Below are positions 55,231 through 64,000 of a stretch of 64,000 nt of DNA, one piece after another. The position numbers and the translations under genes are program-made. This DNA comes from Trichoplax sp. H2 (lineage: Eukaryota): assembly GCA_003344405.1 (NCBI GenBank), contig NOWV01000022.1, positions 682,001 to 746,000 of the forward strand. The letters run 5' to 3'. Each line of letters starts with the position of its first letter. Position 1 is the first letter of the stretch. Below the pieces are notes generated by a model. The model did not search any database. It worked only from the letters and a program-made list of their open reading frames with translations, and was not told the DNA's origin.

Positions 55231-56606
55231 TTATTCCTTCTTGTCTTGAAAGAATCTTCCTAAAAATCCCTTTTTTTTTTTAGCGATTTTTTCTTGATTT
55301 TCTGATTTAATAGAATCAAAGTTTGACAAATAAGAATTAATTATATAATTATACTACCAAAAAAATATATATATATACACATCCATCATTGCCAGTCAGG
55401 CAGCACCTATTACTAGCATGTTCTCATAAGCTTCTATTTTGTATATAGCATACTAGCATAGCCAGCATATGTGCATGCTATGTAAGTAATAGAATCAGGA
55501 CGATATGGCAGCGACAACACTCTTTAAACTATGTCAAAGTTCTAGATCGATACTATATACAGTCGATGCAAAGGTTCTGCTCTAATACATATCTATGAAA
55601 TTAAAATGAGTTTATTATTGTATACTTCTATGTGCGTCATACCTGTTGATAATAAATATGAATATTCTTTGGTTAAATTACCGGTGAAACTAGTATTTTT
55701 CTTCCTACGATACTAAACATAATCAATATATAACATTAGATCATTTTTTAACTAGACCATTTCCTCAATGTATATTCGTATGTTAACCTTATTGCTTCAA
55801 CTATTGTAGTAAATGTTATGAAATAGGTATAAAAATGAGTTCAAATACAAGGAATGTGGTATACGTATAGTAATAACAATGATAATTACTTATCTGGAAT
55901 TAAAAAACTCAGTCTTGGTAGTAATACTGGTGAATATTGCCTTAATGTTAACATTGAAACTGATGTAGCTATTTATCACGATGCGTCTATATTATATTTA
56001 ATTGAATTCATACTCATTTTTACCTTTTGATAGTAGTAATTAGAATTTAGACGGGTTAAGTTGTTGATGACTTGCAATGGATTTTTCAGCTAAAGAGAAA
56101 CGGCATATTAGATCAAGTCTATTATTAGGACAATACTGGTAGGGACAGGATGTTAATTAAAATTTATTTCAATCCCTGCAAATCCATTGCAAACTGCAAC
56201 AGTACTTCCATCCTGAATGGATTTAAGAAGAGTCGTTTTCTGTACTGAGCTAATCAATAAGATTGCTATGATGTTGTAGTAAGTACAATTGACAAACCTA
56301 CTGGAATATCAGCAAACACACTTTCTACGTTGTAATAGGATTAGCAGTTGAAATAGATTCATCAGATACAGTATATACTCTTATCTATCAACATACAAAT
56401 TAATATAACGCGTTTGCATCGCAATAGTCGATCAGTCCAGTAGATAGAGTACGGCGATGTTGATTTAGCATTCTAACCTTATCATTTTGCAAATCTTGAC
56501 CAATACGATCACGTAAAACAACTGCTAAATCTCTACCAGGTTTGGTCTTATCGATCGGCCATTGTTGCATGATCTGATTAAATTTACGTAATAGTTTAGC
56601 AGACAT
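55231..56606 (-). CDS. UQCC2: Ubiquinol-cytochrome c reductase complex assembly factor 2; exons 56606-56478, 56089-56024, 55712-55643, 55301-55231
   Basis: RKFNQIMQQWPIDKTKPGRDLAVVLRDRI, LTRLNSNYYYQKY...NTSFTG and YLLSTE match remembered UQCC2 motifs (WPVDETKRGRDL, LARLHSNYY, TSFSG). In-phase introns. Confidence 0.9.
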
Positions 56607-56971
56607 GGTAAGCACTGGATCAATCTACAATTTACCGTTCACTAATTATATTATTATTAATGGGGAAGAAATGATCATGCTGCTAGGCTGCTAGCACTGC
56701 AGTAAAATCATCGCTCTCGATATGTCGGTCTTGATTTTTGCAGCGAGCACACTAGAAGTCAGAAATTGCCTATCTTCATGGTCATCTCCCTTTGCTTTTT
56801 CACTGCAACCATACACCATACTGAACAAAATCAACATGGCAGCTGCTGACAAATCTTCTGTCCATGGTACAATACAGTACAGTACTATAGACTGTAGAGT
56901 TTTGTACTGTACGCTACGGTCCACAGATTCAAAGATTCAATTCGGCGGCAAGAAGCATCAAAACAACCAAA
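56607..56971. promoter_or_regulatory. Putative bidirectional promoter, UQCC2/IQCC (365 bp between ATGs), with a CAGTA/TACTG patch
   Basis: Head-to-head start codons at 56606 (-) and 56972 (+); TACAGTACAGTACTATAGACTGTAG...GTACTGTAC at ~56873-56912. Confidence 0.7.
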
Positions 56972-59487
56972 ATGGCTTCGCATATTGATCCATCGAAGGC
57001 TGCCATAAGAATCCAGGCAAGCAATCTATTAATGTTATTATACAGTGAAATGACACAGTTGTCATCTATTACGATAGTAGACTTACATATTAGGAATTGG
57101 CTATTTGCAACATGGTTGAAATTGACGTTTAGTAAAATACATAAAACATGCCTAAAGTTCAACAAGATGCTGCAAGCAAACTAGGAGAACTAGCGAGCAC
57201 CGTAGTATTCTATAGCTTATGAACTTGAAACAAACTAAAATGAAACTTTTAGCTAGTAGATGTCATCTCCCTTGAATATCACTTTTATAGCCCCTGTGTA
57301 ACCCGTGGATCGAATCATTCTTGTTAATGTTGTACATAACATACTTAGCATATTGACCACGATTAAAGGCTATGAACCTATACTGTAGGCGTGAACTAAT
57401 AAACAGTATCATGATAACACATAGAAGGGGGTCTCATAGGGATAAACTTTAGCTTTACTAAGCATTGATCGACATTTTGAAATCATAAGACCAACTGCTG
57501 TACGACTTTTTGTGAACTGTGCTACTATCTCGGTCAAAGCTAAATCAATACTTTGACAATTTTTGTAAACATGTATGTGTACGTACGTTTACATTCTATG
57601 TAATATTGACACATACTGTACTGTATTAATTATTGAATTAGAAGTGTATATCTCCCTTTTTATAGGCTGCTTTTCGTTCATACCGCGTGAGAAAAAAATT
57701 ACAACATGTTCGCCGCGAATTGGAGGACATAACAACCGATCTTGATTCCGGATATGTTGCTATAACTTGGACAAAATCTAACTTACCATGTAATCCATTA
57801 TTTCATTCCAAAAAATCGACAGATTCGAGGTCAGATAATGAACTACATAAAATTTGAAATACTGTTGTTAGTTCTTACTACCAGATTACTTTTACGTATC
57901 AGTTTATCCTTATCGTATATGTATATGACTGGAAGCAATACAGTGTCTATGTTTATGATTGTATGCTCGTACATTGCATCTTACATTTCTCCTGCCTTGC
58001 AGTAAACTTTTGCCTGTAACCAATAGCCATGACGATAGCAATCTAACAAATAAATTATCAACTATTGATAATGATATCACTGGTAAGACTTTTTACATAG
58101 CTGTTGCTTAATATAAAAACAGGGGGTAAATAAATATAACATTTCTAATTAATCACTACTGTCTTAACAGACGATCTTGAAGAGGAAAATGATCTGCTAA
58201 ACATATACGTAAATTCAAAAGTGAAGGGAGAAAAAGAAAACAATGATACACTATTATCAGAAGGGTCTAGTCCTGGCAGTTCTCCAGACGATGCTAATTC
58301 GGAGAAATTAAAAGATTTTGATGTTATTCCAGAAGCAGATAGCACGACTAAAACTAGTATTTTAATCAAAGAGTCTTCGAGCAACAATGCAAGTTCCGAG
58401 AGTGATACTAAATTGGAGAGCGTTACCCTATCTAACATAAAAGAAAAGGAACATAAAGATGGAGATAACAACGATGAAACAATGACAACAAATATCCTAT
58501 ACACGGAATCCAAAGAACGTGGTGAGCTCACACCTGAAACATCGCTTGATTCAGCGAATGATGAGGAGCCGAAAGAAGATGATGTTGCAAATAATAATAA
58601 TAATAATGGTAACAAAGAGATATTATCCAACACCGAAAGTCAGATTTCATCCGATTGTCATCCATGCGATAATTCAATCCCTAAAGGTATAGTAAGGCTT
58701 TTACTTAAATGACTTTGAATTTTTAATGTACTGCAATTATTTTCCATTTGTAAGGAAAAATTTTTGTAAATTTCGTTCAAAATTCCTATAGGTAGAAATG
58801 AAGATGACGCACCCCAAGCGATGGAAGATCAAGATAGGATTCCTAATGTTGAAAATGAAAAGGCATATAGCAACGATGCTAATCATAACAGAAATGTGGT
58901 CAACAATCCAGATCTAGAGAGTAATGATCCGATCATAAATCCTAACAATGACTTTAAAGTACCAACTCCAACGTTGGTGCCAACACAGGATAATAAAATA
59001 AATATTGCTTCTATTAACGATTCCTGGGATATGATTGGTAATATGTCATATATAAATCGAAGGGAAAATGTGGAGTATGGTTAGTAAGGAATAATGCTGT
59101 TTTCGAAAATTTAAGCAGCGCTTATTGATAATAGACTGCACGGTTGACAGTATTTGAAACTATTTTTATACTAGATAAGTATCCGAAAGATATGAATAGC
59201 CTTCTAAAGTTACGTCGTGAACTAGCTACAGAATTACTCTGGATAGAACAAGCGATTTTTAGTAGAAAAAATGTGAGTATACCTAAGTCACCTCTTCAGT
59301 TTAGCTATTAGGAAGATGTACAGTACTTCAACGAAATGTATGTACAAATTTTTTAAATCTCTATAAGAATTGTGCATCGTTCTTTAGACCATACATGATC
59401 TCTTCAAATATCATAATGATGCTTTTTCTTTATCAGTGCTTAAAAATTAAAGCTCGATGTCGAAATGACGAGATATTTCCAGAATAA
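56972..59487 (+). CDS. IQCC: IQ motif-containing protein C-like; exons 56972-57016, 57666-57829, 58003-58082, 58171-58686, 58792-59037, 59175-59272, 59437-59487
   Basis: N-terminal IQ motif AAIRIQ|AAFRSYRVRKK spliced across a GC-AG intron; acidic low-complexity middle; C-terminal LRRELATELLWIEQAIFSRKN matches the remembered IQCC block LAMELLWLQQAINSRK. Confidence 0.82.
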
Positions 59488-59535
59488 ATTAAAGATTAGA
59501 ATCATTGGATCATACCCTACCAACGGACCAACCAT

Positions 59536-60589
59536 TCAACCTATAAAGAAATTTCTACTCATGATCAATTTTTGGGCCTGGCTTATATATCCACAAATTT
59601 TTGTATTTTCTGTATATACTGTACATACTGTATGCCAACGATGTTGATCGGTTGACAGTAGGCTTGATACTGTAAAATTATGCGTGCAATGAACATTTTT
59701 GTACTTTTGTTCTATATGTGAAATTGCTGATTTTGCTGCTGATCTTACTGCTCCTTCATCCAAGTTTCCGAGTAGGGATGATAACCCTTCAGGCTGTAGG
59801 GTATTTATAAGCTTGCTTGAATAGCTGATCTACCCAACTCAAAGTAGTTTTACTTTAGTGGCAATACGTGATATTCATGGTACATATTAAATGCTCCATT
59901 TTTAGGTCACTAGATACACCATGATTTTATATATGATATAATATATGTCACGATATCATGTTGTACTGTAGAGCATAATTTATATAACATATACAGTATA
60001 CTGCCGGCAATATTTCTATGTTATATTGATTTTGATTTATTTATTTATGATGTCAATGTGTCATCTTTGATACATGTTTAATGATTTTATGTATAATAAT
60101 ATAGTATCTCTAGATCTGTATATAGTATAAATGGATATTGTCAATATATCATCGATGCATCTTTAATAACATTTTTCGACAATATTGTACAGTATGCGTA
60201 CTATACAGAGTATCATTTTATGATGTACACCTTTGGTGTTTTCTGTCAGTAATTAATTCATTAAATAATTAATAAAACAATTTTATATACGCTATACGCT
60301 ATAGCATGATTGAAACATGGCCGAGTGATCGTCTCATTTCACCGATAGAATACCTTATCACAATAAAAAATGAGAATTATTTCAGCTTGTGTTATGATAA
60401 TTACAAGATTATTCCATAGAAATGCCGATTCCATGATGGGCACATATTTTATCAAATAGATGCTATATCAACCGAATATTTTACCAATATTAATTGATTT
60501 ATTATGGCATGCAAATGTTATTGATCACATACGAAATGCAATCTCGCAAGACGATAGCACACATCATGGAACGATCGCCGTGCTGCCAT
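59536..60589 (-). CDS. Candidate unrecognised small spliced gene (or lncRNA), divergent from TMEM241
   Basis: Exon-like segment 60596-60533 (TTTAG acceptor, ATG at 60589, GTATGT donor) is in phase with a terminal open frame 59793-59536 (PEGLSSLLGNLDEGAVRSAAKSAISHIEQKY...). No homology recognised. Confidence 0.3.
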
Positions 60590-60825
60590 GAAGCTGCTAA
60601 ACATAATAATATCATATAGACATTTTTGTAACACGATTGCATTAGTACGATCACTCTAGACTCGGTAGCCACTGTCAATTTAAACTGCTATCCTAATTAA
60701 TACCATCAATTTTGAATAAATTGCATGGAAAAGTTGGATGAATACCTTCAATTCTGTAGTATAGTAGAGTACTTTTAGTACCTCTATGGCCGTACTATGG
60801 TAATTCGTAAAGGCTTCCAGTAGTA

Positions 60826-61025
60826 GTCAGTACAGTACTGTACAGTACAGCGCAGTAACGGACCACTGGAAGGAAACCGGTTTTCTTCCGACTACAGTGT
60901 ACAATACATTCACACAACTCCGTCGAACTGTACACTGTACACTGTACGGTACTGTACCATTGATACCGTTACAGTTTTCCAGTACTGTACTGTACTGTAC
61001 CATAGCTGTAGTCAGTGTACTGTAT
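60826..61025. repeat. (TACTG/CAGTA)n pentamer patch upstream of TMEM241
   Basis: CAGTACAGTACTGTACAGTACAG at 60828-60850, CTGTACACTGTACACTGTACGGTACTGTAC at ~60928-60957 and AGTACTGTACTGTACTGTAC at 60981-61000. Confidence 0.9.
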
Positions 61026-61170
61026 CAGGTGGTACTACCATCAGTCAAGTCCCACCTGTCGCCATTCACCATACTGTAAATGGCTTATAGCAATGTATCT
61101 TCAAAATATGGCGCAATGCTTGAAGATTCTAACCTGAAATAGATGAAGTTTATTGCTTTAAGACTTCAAA

Positions 61171-64000
61171 ATGGGCAAGGAAGAAATTGGCGAGAAAAGA
61201 AAGTCATGGAAATTAGTTTTACTCTTTGTTAATTATTGCATTTTTAGTGTTGCAACAACATTCGTCAATAAGGTAAAGTAGAGTAGGCTAGACAAGAAAC
61301 GTTTCGCTTTAGTTTCGCTCTTGGTATCCAAGCCAACATCAACTTGACGACCTGAGCCTGTAAAATTTCTCAATTTATTCTTCATGAATTGATTCATGAC
61401 ATGTCTATTATGATAGAATACTTTAACCTGTGGATATATTGATACTATAGAAGAATGCGTGTAGCGAACTCAAAAATAACCTACTGTCATTGAGTAAGAA
61501 AAGCACTTCGCTGCATCACTCACTCTGATACCATTCATTTATATCTACAGTATATAACATCAACAACAAGGGTTAAAACCACTATGGCAAACCATTTTAG
61601 GCTACGTAGTTGCCTGCCATTTTATAAATTGGCTTAGGATTGATAATCTTCTATGTATGGTACCGAAAATAATCTTGCATCCATAGAATGTCGTCCATTC
61701 GTTGTTGACCTTACGCTTCTTATACGCTACAGTAGTTGTATACCATTCAACCGCTTATTGAAATACTGTCGAATAACATCAAACATTAAGATACGCTACT
61801 GTACAGTAAACTTGAATCATGTGGTGATATCGTCATACGGATACCTTAAATTTCCATACTATAAAATCTATGAATACCATTTTCTGTTATAAACTGGGTA
61901 CAATTTTACACAGTAGTCGAGTCCACAACATTCCTACAACGTTTACTCTGTACTATTCGTTACATCAACTCTTGCAAATAAAAGATGATTTTTTGATGTT
62001 GATAGACGTAATATATGTACGTATTGGAATGTATGTGAAAGTTAGTTTACAGAAATTGCACGATGATGTAGTTCTGTAAGTTCTTCCATATGCGAGAAAA
62101 TATGGACCATTACCAGCATTATTACAACAGTTTATAACCATTACTGTTCTATGGGTACAATTCGAATTCAGTTATCGATGATTGCCTAATTGGATAGCTT
62201 TACGAGTAATAAATTATAAGAATGATCATCTAATACATAGCAGCGCAATAATTAAGATAAACTTATCTACATTTAACGATAAAATTAAATTGACAATGTG
62301 CGTGCTTAAAAATAACAAATTCTGCTATGCCTTCAATATCTGATTTGACTATTTGCAATCCAATCACCTCTTTCTTACCTTTCTCTATTTTAGTATGTTC
62401 TATCCGTGATTGGATTTACTTTTCCAACCATATTCTTAAGGTATAGTAGTCCTAGCATCCTAAAGTAAAATGATCAAAATAAGAAGTTCGATATACTGTA
62501 ACATAAATGATCCCAGATAAACTGGTTAGTATCTACACTGAAATTATAGACACAATATCTTGCCATACAGTATAGATTACTTCTTGTTACCAATTGTATA
62601 CCATAGACCATCACGAGTAAGCTAAATTGCTTGTAAATAACCAATAACTGAGAGTCAGTTTTACTGAAATAATCACAAGCATATCACTGTAGATTTTAGT
62701 TACAGACGATGTATTCTAGACATCCTACTTTATGATTAATTGTTTTAACATATTGCCGAATGGGAATAACAGAGATAAATGTCGCCAAAACTATTATTTA
62801 TTGATAGATACGTATGCTTTTTGTTAAATATATCAAACATATCTTAATATAGAAATTATTTAAAAGTATTTATTGCTTCCCAATTTCTGATTCTTTCTAT
62901 GTCGCATCGAATTGTTTTACTATATAATTATATTCAACTATTAGCTGGCAAACGGCAGTCGGTGTCTGTCTTTTCAAACTACTTGCAAGAATGGGTTATA
63001 TAGACCTTGGCAATATTGATAGGTATGCTGGATGGCTATTACAAATACTATAACTTTCTCTTGTATACTACCTTTGTTACAATACGCATATAATGTCATA
63101 TGTAAAATTTTCTTGCATACCCTACATGGGAACCCATAAAACAGTATCATTCTGATAGTCATATGCAATATTTGAATGGTTCTATTCACTTTGTTCCTAG
63201 GAGTTTGCTATTTTACTCAGAAATAATACGGCTCTCAAACCGCATTTAATAACAGTACTAGACTAAGTGTAACAATTTCGTAAAAGTACATTTACGATAG
63301 CGCCAATATTCAAATAAATTCTCTTAAGAGATATTATATCCATCACTGGCAGATTTTTATTATACTACTATTAACAAATATCACATTGGATGATGGTAGA
63401 ATTTATTAAAACGATATTGTACGCATTATTATATCTTTTAAATGATATATAAATTTCATTGGAATCAATTTTACTGTTAAGCAAGGAAATCTATATAACT
63501 TATTGCACAAACGATATATTTCTTGTGGCATGATTTACTTAGGAAAGCAGTTATTCAATGGCTACCTGCTATGATTTTATTTGTGTGTATGGCGTATTCT
63601 GGTTCAAGATCACTTTCAATGACTGTATGCATTAATAGATATGATTAATGTCTTTAAGAATAGGACTTATCAAATATTGTCAACTCAATATTATCTTATC
63701 GTGCTGTTGAAACTGTTGACTGATTTTATATAGATCCTTCCTGTATGGATAATTGTATATAATGTTGTATACGTATTAATAGCTTGCGGAGATTGGGTAA
63801 TCCATAAAAAGGTACAAATTTATTGGCCTTTCAATTTAAGTTTTCACCTCAATCTCGAACGATTAACACTGCAATGCAATCTTATCTATAGGTTCCAACG
63901 TTTGCCACTCAAGTTTGGTAATACTTTGTAATCTGGCTTACTAATCATCGTTAATTGTTTCAAGTAAAATTACTAAATAACTTTAATTTTATAGTGCAAT
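61171..64000 (+). CDS. TMEM241: TMEM241 / SLC35D4 nucleotide-sugar transporter, 5' part; exons 61171-61272, 62394-62440, 62945-63022, 63543-63624, 63734-63811, 63892-63917, 63995->end
   Basis: FVNK|YVLSVIGFTFPTIFLSWQTAVG, WLPAMILFVCMAYSGSRSLS and LPVWIIVYN match remembered TMEM241 (NKYVLSVLKFTYPTLFQGWQT; WLPASVLFVGIIYAGSRALS). In-phase GT-AG introns. Confidence 0.9.

Noticed and set aside
59700..60589. Faint resemblance of the candidate orphan (RLARLHF ... EGAVR) to CENP-X/MHF2
   Set aside because: The conserved CENP-X C-terminus (LEKxLPQLLLDF) is absent and the intervening residues match poorly; probably coincidence.

Overview
AT-rich, intron-containing eukaryotic (animal) genomic DNA. The compact gene spacing, short introns and gene set suggest an early-branching metazoan, most likely a placozoan (Trichoplax-like); this is an inference. 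By following splice sites and reading phase by eye I reconstructed eleven spliced protein-coding genes: a transmembrane adenylate cyclase (first coding exon only, -), RAD21 (+), a Bfr1/proton-pump-interactor-like coiled-coil protein (-), RIOK3 (+), cathepsin B (-), TRMT11 (+), EMC2 (-), a DIDO1/PHF3-like gene (+), UQCC2 (-), IQCC (+) and TMEM241 (+, runs off the window end). A twelfth, unrecognised spliced unit may lie at ~59.5-60.8 kb (-). The most striking structure is architectural. The genes alternate strand to form head-to-head pairs, and the divergent intergenic regions carry patches of a self-complementary pentamer repeat, (TACTG/CAGTA)n, often with a GC counterpart, (CCGGT/CCGGA)n. Other points: two phase-required GC-AG introns, a 69-nt GC-rich hairpin with inverted Sp/KLF sites, a CLEAR/M-box-like site upstream of cathepsin B, ~160-186 bp tandem repeats, and apparent deep synteny with human chr 1p/2p/6/8/18/20. 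No rRNA, tRNA, CRISPR array or autonomous transposon was recognised. All family assignments come from remembered motifs, not database searches.
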